Of a stretch of DNA of 61,325 bases, positions 52,340 through 61,325 are shown in pieces (position 1 is the first letter of the stretch; each line of letters starts with the position of its first letter). The stretch comes from a virus (lineage: Duplodnaviria > Caudoviricetes): the IMG/VR virus record IMGVR_UViG_3300032321_000377, positions 1 through 61,325 of that record. One strand, given 5' to 3'. A model generated the notes under the pieces. It had not been told where the DNA came from. It did not search any database and worked only from the letters and a program-made list of their open reading frames with translations. Made by a program: the position numbers and the translations under genes.

Positions 52340-52987
52340 ATGCAATTACACGTAGAACCTGATCTATCAATTCCTTTTCCGGAAGACAATCCAGTTCTGG
52401 CGAATTTCATAGAGAAGGCAAAAGCTGCATGCAATACTGCAGAACTGCTCGAATTGGACGTGGATCCGACCGAGGAGGACAAGCTCGCTGCTGAGAAAGC
52501 CGTTTACGCTGTAGCCGAAAACGAAGAAAAAGCGAATAAACAGCTAGTTAAAAAGACCCAGACCCCCGCTGTCTATAAAGAAGTTAAGGGGATACTCGAC
52601 GAATACTCTCTTCGTGTAGTGGATAACGCTATGCAGATTAGACTTCTTGTCACAAACAAGCTCATTCTGGACTCCGATAGCCCAGATGACCGCACCAGAC
52701 TACGTGCCCTAGAGATGCTAGGTAAGATTACCGACGTTGGGCTGTTCACAGAGAAGTCGGAAGTAACGATTAACCACCGTTCTACGGCAGATTTAGTGAC
52801 ATCTATCCGCTCTAAACTCCATAAACTCATGCACCCAGACGATGTGACCGACGTAAAGGCGGTCGAAGTGAATGGCACAAGCATTGACGTAGATGCAGAA
52901 CTAGGTCTAGAAGAAGAAAAAGAAGTCCAAAAAGTCCAAAATACCCCGGGCCAGACAGAGAATGACGGAAACAATCAGCCCACTTGA
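52340..52987 (+). CDS. Putative terminase small subunit
   Basis: Overlaps the TerL start; RLRALEMLGK...GLF motif. Confidence 0.6.
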   Translation: MQLHVEPDLSIPFPEDNPVLANFIEKAKAACNTAELLELDVDPTEEDKLAAEKAVYAVAENEEKANKQLVKKTQTPAVYKEVKGILDEYSLRVVDNAMQIRLLVTNKLILDSDSPDDRTRLRALEMLGKITDVGLFTEKSEVTINHRSTADLVTSIRSKLHKLMHPDDVTDVKAVEVNGTSIDVDAELGLEEEKEVQKVQNTPGQTENDGNNQPT

Positions 52988-54509
52988 TTCCTTAACGGAC
53001 TCAGAGCTAGATTTTTTAGCTAATAATCTGGATAAGTTCTCGGAAGAAGAAGCCATGGAGCTGGAAATGGTGGCGGACGAGCTAGATAAACGCAAGTGGT
53101 CTAAGGCTTGTAGGGACGATTTAATAGCGTTTTGCCAGAAAATGCAGCCAGACTACAAGGTTGGCAAGCATCACCGCATCTTGGGAAACTTGCTCATGGA
53201 GATTGCCGAGGGTAACAAAGACCGTGTGTGCGTGAACATCCCGCCACGTCATGGTAAGTCCCAATTGGTTTCTATCTACTTCCCTGCTTGGTTTTTAGGC
53301 AAGCACCCTGATAAAAAAGTACTGATGGTCTCCCACACGACCGACTTAGCTGTGGACTTTGGACGGAAAGTGAGGAACTTAATTGACACGCCTGCATATA
53401 AACAAATTTTCCCAACAGTCACTTTGGCGGCAGATAATAAATCTGCTGGTCGCTGGAACACTAATGTTGGTGGTGAGTATTACGCTTGCGGTGTCGGTTC
53501 CGCTCTTGCTGGTCGTGGAGCGGACTTACTCTTGGTTGACGATCCACATAACGAACAGGACATCATCAACGGGAATTTTGACGTTTTCGAAAAGGCTTAT
53601 GAGTGGTTTACTTACGGCGCTCGTACTCGTCTTATGCCTGGCGGGCGTGTGGCAATTATTCAAACTCGTTGGCACCAGGATGATTTAACAGGTCGAGTAG
53701 TACGGGATATGATACAGAATGAGGAAGCGGACCAGTATGAACGGGTAGAATTTCCTGCTATTTTCAATGATGGAACCCCAGAAGAAGCGGCACTCTGGCC
53801 TGAACAGTACACTCTTGAAGCACTGCGTAGAACTAAGGCATCTATGCCTGTTTTCCAGTGGAACGCACAGTATCAGCAGAACCCAACAGCAGAAGAAGCC
53901 TCTGTAATCAAGCGAGAATGGTGGAAATGGTGGAAACAAGAGAGTCCACCGCAGTGTGAATACCTCATAATGTCACTTGACGCTGCTGCAGAGACACATA
54001 ATCGTGCTGACTTTACTGCAATAACGACGTGGGGCGTGTTTTTTAATGACGAAACGAACGCACATGCAATTATTTTATTAAATTCCATCAAAAAACGATT
54101 AGAATTTCCAGAGTTAAAGACATTAGCATGGGAACAGTGGGAAGAATGGCAGCCTGATGCATTTATTGTTGAGAAAAAGTCTGCTGGAACCGCTCTTTAC
54201 CAAGAATTACGACGCACAGGAATGCCTGTACAAGAATATACACCGCATAGGGGTAGTGGAGATAAGCTAGCTCGGTTAAACTCTGTAGCAGACATCATCA
54301 GATCGGGACTTGTATGGGTCCCTGAAACCCGTTGGGCTGAAGAAGTCGTAGAAGAGATTGCAGGATTCCCGTTTATGAGTCATGATGACCTTGTAGACTC
54401 GACGGTTATGGCGTTAATGCGGTTCAGACAAGGCGGATTCATTAGATTACCGAACGATGAACCCGAAGAAATTGGATTATTTAGATCTAAAAAAAGATCT
54501 TATTACTAA
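52962..54509 (+). CDS. terL: Terminase large subunit
   Basis: PPRHGKS Walker A, LLVDDP Walker B, QTRWH, nuclease residues SLD and HDDLVDS. Confidence 0.96.
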   Translation: MTETISPLDSLTDSELDFLANNLDKFSEEEAMELEMVADELDKRKWSKACRDDLIAFCQKMQPDYKVGKHHRILGNLLMEIAEGNKDRVCVNIPPRHGKSQLVSIYFPAWFLGKHPDKKVLMVSHTTDLAVDFGRKVRNLIDTPAYKQIFPTVTLAADNKSAGRWNTNVGGEYYACGVGSALAGRGADLLLVDDPHNEQDIINGNFDVFEKAYEWFTYGARTRLMPGGRVAIIQTRWHQDDLTGRVVRDMIQNEEADQYERVEFPAIFNDGTPEEAALWPEQYTLEALRRTKASMPVFQWNAQYQQNPTAEEASVIKREWWKWWKQESPPQCEYLIMSLDAAAETHNRADFTAITTWGVFFNDETNAHAIILLNSIKKRLEFPELKTLAWEQWEEWQPDAFIVEKKSAGTALYQELRRTGMPVQEYTPHRGSGDKLARLNSVADIIRSGLVWVPETRWAEEVVEEIAGFPFMSHDDLVDSTVMALMRFRQGGFIRLPNDEPEEIGLFRSKKRSYY

Positions 54510-54518
54510 GGATACATT

Positions 54519-57020
54519 ATGGCAATAGATAAGGCACTCTACCAAGCTCCTGTAGGCATCGACGAAGCCTCAGCAATGGAAGCACCGATTGAGATTGAAA
54601 TCGAAGACCCAGAATCAGTAACTATTGATATGGGCGGACTTGAAGTAGTGCTTGAGCCTGGTGAAGAAGGTGACGAAGAAGGGTTTAACGATAACCTTGC
54701 CGAATACATCACAGATGGTGAACTTACAGAATTAGCTGGTGATTTGATTGGTGACTTTGATGCCGATATTGGTTCACGTAAAGACTGGATACAGACATAC
54801 GTCGATGGTCTTGAACTTCTTGGTTTAAAAATTGAAGAACGTACTGAGCCATGGGAAGGCGCATGTGGTGTTTATCACCCACTGCTCTCCGAAGCGTTAG
54901 TAAAGTTCCAAGCAGAAACAATGATGTCAATTTTCCCTGCGATGGGTCCTGTTAAGACTCTCATTATTGGCAAAGAGACTCCTGAGAAAAAAGCAGCTGC
55001 TGTTCGTGTTCAAGATGACATGAACTATCAGTTGACAGATGCAATGCCTGAATATCGCCCTGAGACAGAAAGAATGTTATGGGGTTTAGGTTTAGCTGGT
55101 AATGCGTTTAAGAAAGTTTATTACGATCCATCATTGGGTCGTCAAGTAGCAATGTTTATACCTGCAGAAGATATGGTTGTTCCTTACGGCGCATCTGACT
55201 TAGCTTCTTCTCCACGTGTAACACATGTAATGCGTAAGACAGAAAATGAGCTACGCAAACTACAAGTAAACGGTTTTTACCGTGATATTGATTTAGGCGA
55301 GCCTAACGCTTCACTAGATGAAGTAGAAAAGAAAATCGCTGAAAAGCTGGGCTTCCGTGCTACTACGGATGACCGTTATAAGATTTTAGAAATGCACGTT
55401 GATCTTGATCTTCCTGGTTTTGAAGATAAGGATGAAGATGGCGAGCCGACAGGCATTGCGCTTCCATACGTGGTAACTATTGAGAAAGGAACACAAAATG
55501 TTCTTTCGATTAGACGAAATTGGCAGCCGGATGATGAAACTCATCAAAAGCGCCAGCACTTTGTTCACTATGGCTATATTCCTGGCTTCGGCTTCTATTG
55601 TTTTGGTCTTATTCATCTTATCGGTGCTTACGCTAAATCTGGCACTTCCCTCATTAGGCAGTTGGTTGATGCAGGGACACTTAGCAACTTGCCAGGCGGC
55701 TTTAAGACCCGTGGACTGCGTCTCAAAGGAGATGACACACCGATAGCACCAGGTGAATGGCGTGACGTAGATGTACCTAGTGGAGCTATGCGTGACAACA
55801 TCATGCCTCTCCCATACAAAGAGCCAAGCCAAGTATTAGCTGGTTTGATGGACAAGATTATTGAAGAAGGTCGCAGATTTGCTAACACTGCCGATTTGAA
55901 CCTATCTGATATGTCTGCTAATGCTCCTGTAGGAACAACATTGGCAATCTTGGAGCGTACGCTCAAAGTAATGTCAGCAGTTCAAGCACGTGTTCACTAT
56001 AGCTTGAAACAAGAGTTAAAACTTTTGAAAGTAATCATTGCTGATTACACACCAGATGAATATGACTATGAGCCTGTTGAAGGTTCCCGCCTTGCGAAGA
56101 AGAGTGACTATGACAACGTCGATGTCATCCCAGTTAGCGACCCGAATGCGTCTACGATGGCGCAAAAGATTGTTCAGTACCAAGCAGTTTTACAATTGGC
56201 TCAAGGTGCACCTCAGCTTTATAACTTACCGCTCCTCCACCGCCAGATGCTCGATGTCCTTGGTATCAAGAATGCGAACAAACTCATTCCTCTTGAAGAA
56301 GATCAGAAACCGCTCGACCCAGTTTCGGAGAACCAGAACATATTAATGATGAAGCCTGTTAAGGCATTCCAGTATCAAGATCATCAAGCACACATCACGG
56401 TGCATATGTCAGCGATGCAAGATCCAAAGATCATGGCTCTGTTGCAAAACAATCCTATGGCTCAGGCTTTGCAGTCAGCAATGATGGCGCATATCAATGA
56501 GCACTTAGGATTCCAGTACCGTGTTGAAATTGAGAAGCAGTTAGGTATGACTCTGCCTCCAATGCACGATGAGTCTGGTGAAGAAAACAATATGGATCCA
56601 GCAGTAGAAGCTAAGTTAGCACCAATGCTTGCTCAAGCCGCTACACAACTCTTGCAGATGAACAAGTCTCAAGCTGCGCAGCAACAAGCCCAGCAACAAG
56701 CGCAAGATCCGCTTCTTCAGTTGCAACAACAAGAAGTTCAGATCAAGCAAGCGGACCAGCAACGTAAAGCCGCTAAAGATATGGCTGATGTTGAACTTGA
56801 GAAACAAAGATTGGCTCTCGAAGAACAGCGCATTCAGATTGACAAAGGTAAAGCACTTGCTGGTGTTGAGCAAGGCGCACAAAAACAACGTTACGACGCT
56901 CTAAAGTCAGCAGCAACAATGAAAAATGACAAAGAGAAAATGATGTTGCAAGCAGGGGTAGATGCTCTAACAGAGCATTACAAACCACAACGGGAGCAAA
57001 AGCCCAAAAAAGGAGAGTAA
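54519..57020 (+). CDS. Portal protein
   Basis: 833 aa directly after TerL; G.AFKKVYYD; Gln-rich C-terminal coiled coil (P22-like barrel). Confidence 0.88.
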   Translation: MAIDKALYQAPVGIDEASAMEAPIEIEIEDPESVTIDMGGLEVVLEPGEEGDEEGFNDNLAEYITDGELTELAGDLIGDFDADIGSRKDWIQTYVDGLELLGLKIEERTEPWEGACGVYHPLLSEALVKFQAETMMSIFPAMGPVKTLIIGKETPEKKAAAVRVQDDMNYQLTDAMPEYRPETERMLWGLGLAGNAFKKVYYDPSLGRQVAMFIPAEDMVVPYGASDLASSPRVTHVMRKTENELRKLQVNGFYRDIDLGEPNASLDEVEKKIAEKLGFRATTDDRYKILEMHVDLDLPGFEDKDEDGEPTGIALPYVVTIEKGTQNVLSIRRNWQPDDETHQKRQHFVHYGYIPGFGFYCFGLIHLIGAYAKSGTSLIRQLVDAGTLSNLPGGFKTRGLRLKGDDTPIAPGEWRDVDVPSGAMRDNIMPLPYKEPSQVLAGLMDKIIEEGRRFANTADLNLSDMSANAPVGTTLAILERTLKVMSAVQARVHYSLKQELKLLKVIIADYTPDEYDYEPVEGSRLAKKSDYDNVDVIPVSDPNASTMAQKIVQYQAVLQLAQGAPQLYNLPLLHRQMLDVLGIKNANKLIPLEEDQKPLDPVSENQNILMMKPVKAFQYQDHQAHITVHMSAMQDPKIMALLQNNPMAQALQSAMMAHINEHLGFQYRVEIEKQLGMTLPPMHDESGEENNMDPAVEAKLAPMLAQAATQLLQMNKSQAAQQQAQQQAQDPLLQLQQQEVQIKQADQQRKAAKDMADVELEKQRLALEEQRIQIDKGKALAGVEQGAQKQRYDALKSAATMKNDKEKMMLQAGVDALTEHYKPQREQKPKKGE

Positions 57021-57212
57021 TTGGACTATTTAGAATATTTGTTAAAGGAATACATCGACAGAATGGATTTCCTAAAGGGAGGACTATCCCAAGGCAATAT
57101 ACCAACAATAGAAGAGTACAGATACGTATGTGGTCAGATTCGAGGTCTCGAGGCTGCATGCGGAACAATTCAAGACCTCAAACAACGACTGGAGAACTCG
57201 GACAATGAGTGA
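57021..57212 (+). CDS. Small helical head-region protein
   Basis: SD AGGAG, TTG start; EYRY.CGQIRGL. Confidence 0.75.
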   Translation: MDYLEYLLKEYIDRMDFLKGGLSQGNIPTIEEYRYVCGQIRGLEAACGTIQDLKQRLENSDNE

Positions 57213-57612
57213 ACTAAATCTTAGCCAAGCAGTGGACTTATCTGCTGTGCTAAACAAAGAAGCAGAGGAAAGAGCTAAGCAACTCCCAATCCCGCAGGGG
57301 TATCGGATTTTATGTGCAATTCCTGAAGCAGAAGAAGCGTTTGACAGCGGCATTATTAAGTCAGACGAGACTCGTAGATATGATGAACTTTTATCAACCG
57401 TGTTGTTTGTGGTGGATATGGGATCAGATTGTTACTCGGACCCAGAAAGGTTCCCAAATGGACCTTGGTGTAAAAAGGGCGATTTTATTCTAGTTAGACC
57501 GAATGCTGGTACCCGAATCGTTATTCACGACCGTGAGTTCCGAATTATCAACGATGACTCTGTGGAAGCTGTAGTTCAAGACCCACGTGGCATTAAACGT
57601 AAATTTATTTAA
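57205..57612 (+). CDS. groES: GroES-like co-chaperonin
   Basis: P.GYRIL, SGII mobile loop, VV.MG, KGD.IL, RIINDDSV.AVV. Confidence 0.8.
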   Translation: MSELNLSQAVDLSAVLNKEAEERAKQLPIPQGYRILCAIPEAEEAFDSGIIKSDETRRYDELLSTVLFVVDMGSDCYSDPERFPNGPWCKKGDFILVRPNAGTRIVIHDREFRIINDDSVEAVVQDPRGIKRKFI

Positions 57613-57624
57613 GGAGGCCGGACA

Positions 57625-58626
57625 ATGGCTGAAATTGAAAAAGAAGAATTTGTATTTCCAGATGAAACAGAAACTAAGGGTAAACCCTTAGATGAAGCTA
57701 GTGGAAAAGAAACTGAGGGCTCAAATTTTGAGATTGAGATTGAAGATGATACCCCTGAAGCTGATAGGGGTAAAACATTACCTGACCCAGAGAAAGTTAA
57801 ACAGCTCGAAGTTGAGGTAGACGATTTAGATAAATATAGCAAAGAGGCTAAAGACAAGTTAATCCGCATGAAACGTGTGTGGAATGACGAGCGTCGTGCT
57901 AAAGAATCTGCTGATAGAGAGCGTTCTGCTGCAGTTGATGCTGCTCAACGATTGCTAGAAGAGAATCGCCGAATCAAGCAAATGCTAGAAAATGGTCAAG
58001 AAGAATATAAAGCTGCAATGACTTCTACCACCGAGATGCGTCTTGAAAAAGCGAAGCGAGATTACCGTGAAGCCTATGATTCTGGCGATGCAGACAAGGT
58101 TATCGAAGCTCAGCAAGCTCTGACAGAAGCTCAGATGATGTTAGAAAGGGCAAAGAATTTTAAGCTACCCCCTTTACAAGAAGATAAGTTTGATGTACAA
58201 ACGAGTCAGCAGTACCAAAACGCACCGCAAGCGACGGACCAGAAGCTAGCGGATTGGCAAAGTCATAACTCTTGGTTTGGACAAGACGAAGAAATGACAG
58301 CAGCAGCTCTGGGACTTCATGAGAAGCTAAAGCGCCAAGGAATGCAGATTGGATCTGACCAGTATTACGCAACGTTGGACAATACAATGCGGAAGAGGTT
58401 TCCTGAGAATTTTGATGATGACCAGGAACCACCAGATGTAGAAGAAGTTAAGGCGCCGCCTAAAGGGGACAATCCCAAAGCGAAACCTGCCACGGTCGTA
58501 GCCCCGGCAACTCGGTCAACAGCACCGAAAAGAGTCAGGTTAAGTCAGTCGCAAGTTGCGATTGCAAAAAAACTTGGTTTGTCACCTGAGCAGTACGTTC
58601 GTGAACTTTTGAAAATGGAGGCCTAA
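57625..58626 (+). CDS. Capsid scaffolding protein
   Basis: Acidic N-terminus, long coiled coil, C-terminal LSQSQVAIAKKLGL...Y helix pair; upstream of the capsid gene. Confidence 0.75.
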   Translation: MAEIEKEEFVFPDETETKGKPLDEASGKETEGSNFEIEIEDDTPEADRGKTLPDPEKVKQLEVEVDDLDKYSKEAKDKLIRMKRVWNDERRAKESADRERSAAVDAAQRLLEENRRIKQMLENGQEEYKAAMTSTTEMRLEKAKRDYREAYDSGDADKVIEAQQALTEAQMMLERAKNFKLPPLQEDKFDVQTSQQYQNAPQATDQKLADWQSHNSWFGQDEEMTAAALGLHEKLKRQGMQIGSDQYYATLDNTMRKRFPENFDDDQEPPDVEEVKAPPKGDNPKAKPATVVAPATRSTAPKRVRLSQSQVAIAKKLGLSPEQYVRELLKMEA

Positions 58627-58627
58627 A

Positions 58628-59077
58628 ATGGCTCAAAACAGACTTAGCCGTGAAGTAGATAACCGTGAATTTGATGAGCGTCCTAAACAGTGGATGCCCG
58701 CCGAACTTCTCCCAGAGCCTGACAAGATGGCTGGTTATGCTTATCGTTGGATTCGTGTCTCAAATTTGAATGCTGCAGACCCACGCAACCTTTCAGCAAA
58801 ACTGAGAGAAGGCTGGGAGCCAGTAACAATTGAGGAACAACCAAAATTCAGACTGTTAGCCGATCCAGCTAGTCGATACAAAGACAACGTTGAAATCGGT
58901 GGTTTGTTACTCTGCAAGACTCCAGTTGAGTTCGTTCAACAGCGTAATGCTTATTACACTAGACAAAGCGATCTTCAAACGGAAGCTGTAGATAACACTC
59001 TTATGCGCCAAAGCGACCCACGGATGCCACTCTTTAATGAGCGTAAATCCTCGACTAGCTTTGGTAAAGGTAGTTAA
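58628..59077 (+). CDS. Conserved head-region protein
   Basis: YRWIR...REGWEPV...GGLLLCK. Confidence 0.75.
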   Translation: MAQNRLSREVDNREFDERPKQWMPAELLPEPDKMAGYAYRWIRVSNLNAADPRNLSAKLREGWEPVTIEEQPKFRLLADPASRYKDNVEIGGLLLCKTPVEFVQQRNAYYTRQSDLQTEAVDNTLMRQSDPRMPLFNERKSSTSFGKGS

Positions 59078-59100
59078 ATTTAATTTTTAGGAGTTTCATA

Positions 59101-59727
59101 ATGGCATATCCAACCGTTAATGCTCCCTACGGCTTACGCCCAATCAACAGCGTGGATGGCAAACCCTACGCTGGTGCAACCCGTCAGTTGCCAATTGCGA
59201 GTACTTACAATACTCCAATCTACTACGGTGATATTGTGGCTTTAGTCGATGGTGGCACCATCGCAGTATCAGGCGTTACAAACGACTCTACAACTTCAGC
59301 TGCTAACTACACTTATGGTGTATTTATGGGCTGTCAGTATGTAAACGGTCAAAGTCAAACTGTTCAAGCTCAGTATTACCCAGGTAATGCTTCAGCTACT
59401 TCAGCTATTGCTTATGTTGTTGACGATCCTATGGCTGCTTTTAAAGTAGCTGTGGTATATGCAAACAGCGTTGTTACTACTGTTAACCAAAGCATTGTTG
59501 GCGTAAACATGGCAGTTGACCAAGGTACTGGTGATGCAACTACTGGTAATTCTGGTCTTGGTGTTCTTGTTGCTACCAACAACGTAGGTAACGCAGCAAC
59601 ATTACCTGTTCGTGTAGTTGAAGTAGTTCCAGCAACTGCTGCTAACGCAACGGCCTTCACTGAAGTTGTAGTGAAGTTAAACAACCCGCAAATTCTCCGA
59701 GCTACTGGCTTGGATTATGCAGCTTAA
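59101..59727 (+). CDS. Putative capsid decoration protein
   Basis: PYGLRP, I..GD.V, GVFMGC and V.DDP; beta-rich; directly before the capsid gene. Confidence 0.6.
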   Translation: MAYPTVNAPYGLRPINSVDGKPYAGATRQLPIASTYNTPIYYGDIVALVDGGTIAVSGVTNDSTTSAANYTYGVFMGCQYVNGQSQTVQAQYYPGNASATSAIAYVVDDPMAAFKVAVVYANSVVTTVNQSIVGVNMAVDQGTGDATTGNSGLGVLVATNNVGNAATLPVRVVEVVPATAANATAFTEVVVKLNNPQILRATGLDYAA

Positions 59728-59739
59728 GGAGCTACTTAA

Positions 59740-60648
59740 ATGGCTATTTCACGTGCACAACTATTAAAAGAGTTGCTCCCAGGACTGAACGCTTTGTTCG
59801 GACTTGAGTATGCAAAATACGGCGAAGAACACAAAGAGATTTACGAAACTGAATCTTCTGAACGTTCTTTTGAAGAAGAAACCAAACTGTCTGGCTTTAC
59901 TGCAGCACCTGTTAAAAACGAAGGCTCAGCCATCGCTTATGACAATGCGCAAGAAGCATGGACTGCTCGGTACAACCATGAAACAATCGCTCAGGGTTTC
60001 TCTCTGACCGAAGAAGCAATTGAAGATAACTTGTATGACTCATTGTCTGCTCGTTATACTAAAGCGCTTGCTCGTTCCATGGCTTATACCAAGCAAGTTA
60101 AGGCAGCTGCAGTATTGAACAATGGCTTTACCGCTGGTTACACTGGTGGTGATGGCGTAACATTGTTCTCTGATGCACACCCATTGGTTTCTGGTGGCAC
60201 CAACAGTAACGTTCCATCTACCCCAGCCGACTTGAATGAGACTTCTTTGGAAGCCGCCGTAATTCAAATCTCCCTGTGGACAGATGAGCGCTCACTTTTG
60301 ATCGCTGCAAAACCACGTAAGTTAATTGTTCCACCATCATTACAGTTCGTTGCAACTCGTTTGCTTGAAACTGAATTGCGTGTTGGCACAGCTGACAATG
60401 ACATCAACGCATTGAAGAACAATGGTTCGATTCCAGAAGGTTACGCAATTAACCACTTCTTGACCGACACAAACGCATGGTTCCTCACAACTGATGTTCC
60501 AAACGGTATGAAGCATTTCGAACGTGTACCTCTCCAGAACTCTATGGACGGCGACTTTGATACTGGTAACGTACGTTACAAGTCTCGTGAGCGTTATTCA
60601 TTCGGCTGGTCAGATCCACTAGGAATGTACGGTTCAGCAGGCGCCTAA
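59740..60648 (+). CDS. Major capsid protein
   Basis: 302 aa; EG..I.YD, GDGV.LFS..HP, P..LIVP, RERYSFG. Strong codon bias; followed by a terminator. Confidence 0.9.
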   Translation: MAISRAQLLKELLPGLNALFGLEYAKYGEEHKEIYETESSERSFEEETKLSGFTAAPVKNEGSAIAYDNAQEAWTARYNHETIAQGFSLTEEAIEDNLYDSLSARYTKALARSMAYTKQVKAAAVLNNGFTAGYTGGDGVTLFSDAHPLVSGGTNSNVPSTPADLNETSLEAAVIQISLWTDERSLLIAAKPRKLIVPPSLQFVATRLLETELRVGTADNDINALKNNGSIPEGYAINHFLTDTNAWFLTTDVPNGMKHFERVPLQNSMDGDFDTGNVRYKSRERYSFGWSDPLGMYGSAGA

Positions 60649-60672
60649 ACAAGGCTCTTGTTTCCGTTGACG

Positions 60673-60699
60673 AACCCCACCTTACCAGGTGGGGTTTTT
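60673..60699 (+). terminator. Intrinsic terminator after the capsid gene
   Basis: AACCCCACCT-TACC-AGGTGGGG-TTTTT. Confidence 0.85.
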
Positions 60700-61170
60700 C
60701 ATTTGGTGGTACAGAGTGTCAAAAGATAGTTGGTCTTTGTCTTCCAAAAACTCTATGGTAAATAGGTATCTTGGTTCTTCAAAGTTAAGGACAGAGTGCC
60801 TTTTTTGAGTGTTAAAAAGGTAGTATCTATTCGGGGTATATACCAGCTCGTTGAACTTAAATTGAACACCCTCATCTTGTGCAAACAAACAATGGCTTCG
60901 ACCTTCAAAGTTTAAAAGCATATTTAACCCTACCCCCCTACGGGTATCCGTGTGCCAGTCGTAGCAAACATTAGGATCTAGTTTGACGATTCCAGCCACA
61001 AACGGATGAATACGTCGTAAGCGTAATAAAAGGGGGTCTTTTGCAACTATATCGTCTGGTACTTGCACAGCTTTAAAGTTGTAATAGCTCTGCCAAAGAT
61101 CGTTGCATAAAGCAAACTCTAAAACCTCTTTTGCAATCTCAGACTTGTTTGGGATCTTGTAATAGTCCAT
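60682..61170 (-). CDS. Cupin / 2OG-Fe(II) oxygenase-like protein, antisense insertion
   Basis: WHTD (HxD)...FNT...HSV.N...R. Confidence 0.7.
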   Translation of the reverse strand: MDYYKIPNKSEIAKEVLEFALCNDLWQSYYNFKAVQVPDDIVAKDPLLLRLRRIHPFVAGIVKLDPNVCYDWHTDTRRGVGLNMLLNFEGRSHCLFAQDEGVQFKFNELVYTPNRYYLFNTQKRHSVLNFEEPRYLFTIEFLEDKDQLSFDTLYHQMKNPTW

Positions 61171-61228
61171 TTGAATATTTTACCTAAAATACTTGCACAA
61201 ACCCAAAAATGTAGTAATATCTATTTAA

Positions 61229-61302
61229 CCGGGTGTTACCCGCCTATTTGACTGCCCCGGCAGACGCATACAAGACAAATAGGCTGAACTTTGTATGAAG
61301 GA
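61229..61302 (+). ncRNA. Candidate pseudoknotted cis-regulatory leader RNA
   Basis: 9-bp helix 61242-50/61276-84 crossed by a 7-bp helix 61267-73/61291-97 that abuts the SD. Confidence 0.55.
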
Positions 61303-61311
61303 CAATTTATC

Positions 61312-61325
61312 ATGGCATATACCAC
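61312..61325 (+). CDS. Partial CDS (3'-truncated), begins MAYT
   Basis: SD AAGGA at 61298-61302, ATG at 61312. Confidence 0.55.

Larger units (their letters stand above)
1..61325. mobile_element. Tailed dsDNA bacteriophage genome (podovirus-like), near-complete, circularly permuted
   Basis: TerL, portal, capsid, endolysin/spanins, PolA and primase-helicase sit in two divergent arms. No host housekeeping genes. Both window ends fall inside the + strand structural arm. Confidence 0.97.

Noticed and set aside
1-61325. tRNA genes, introns/inteins, or stop-codon reassignment
   Set aside because: No cloverleaf was seen in the intergenic gaps. Core genes are uninterrupted and of normal length, and all three stop codons terminate genes. 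This was checked by eye only.

Overview
The whole window is a near-complete, circularly permuted genome of a tailed dsDNA phage. It has podovirus-type architecture: a portal, two adaptors, a nozzle and three ejection proteins, with no tape-measure, tube or sheath genes. I found no host genes, tRNAs, CRISPR array or integrase. The + strand arm runs 50.7 kb -> 61.3 kb -> 1 -> 25.5 kb and carries terminase, portal, a GroES-like co-chaperonin, scaffold, major capsid protein, small basic GG-motif proteins, adaptors, fibres, a lysis cassette (GH19 endolysin, Rz with embedded Rz1, so a Gram-negative host), nozzle and ejection proteins. The - strand arm (50.3 kb -> 25.6 kb) carries early genes (AAA ATPase, VWA-metallopeptidase), a glycosyltransferase-like gene, an FkbM methyltransferase, PolA, a PD-(D/E)XK nuclease, an SNF2 helicase, an SSB-like protein and a primase-helicase. 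A betaproteobacterial, PHA-accumulating freshwater host is inferred, not shown. The most notable signals not explained by standard annotation are: (1) ten copies of the palindrome GTTAGTA-N4-TACTAAC confined to 40.3-50.5 kb, about one per kb near the end of that arm, three of them inside coding sequence; (2) a 59-aa gene overprinted inside the giant ejection gene; (3) about 20 copies of an [FYM]xxGG peptide motif shared by small basic proteins and ejection proteins; (4) a PhaR-box-like operator over a promoter driving a phasin-like mini-gene; (5) a pseudoknotted leader RNA downstream of the capsid gene; (6) a mini-protein resembling the scaffold C-terminus. All family assignments come from motif recognition by eye, without database searches.
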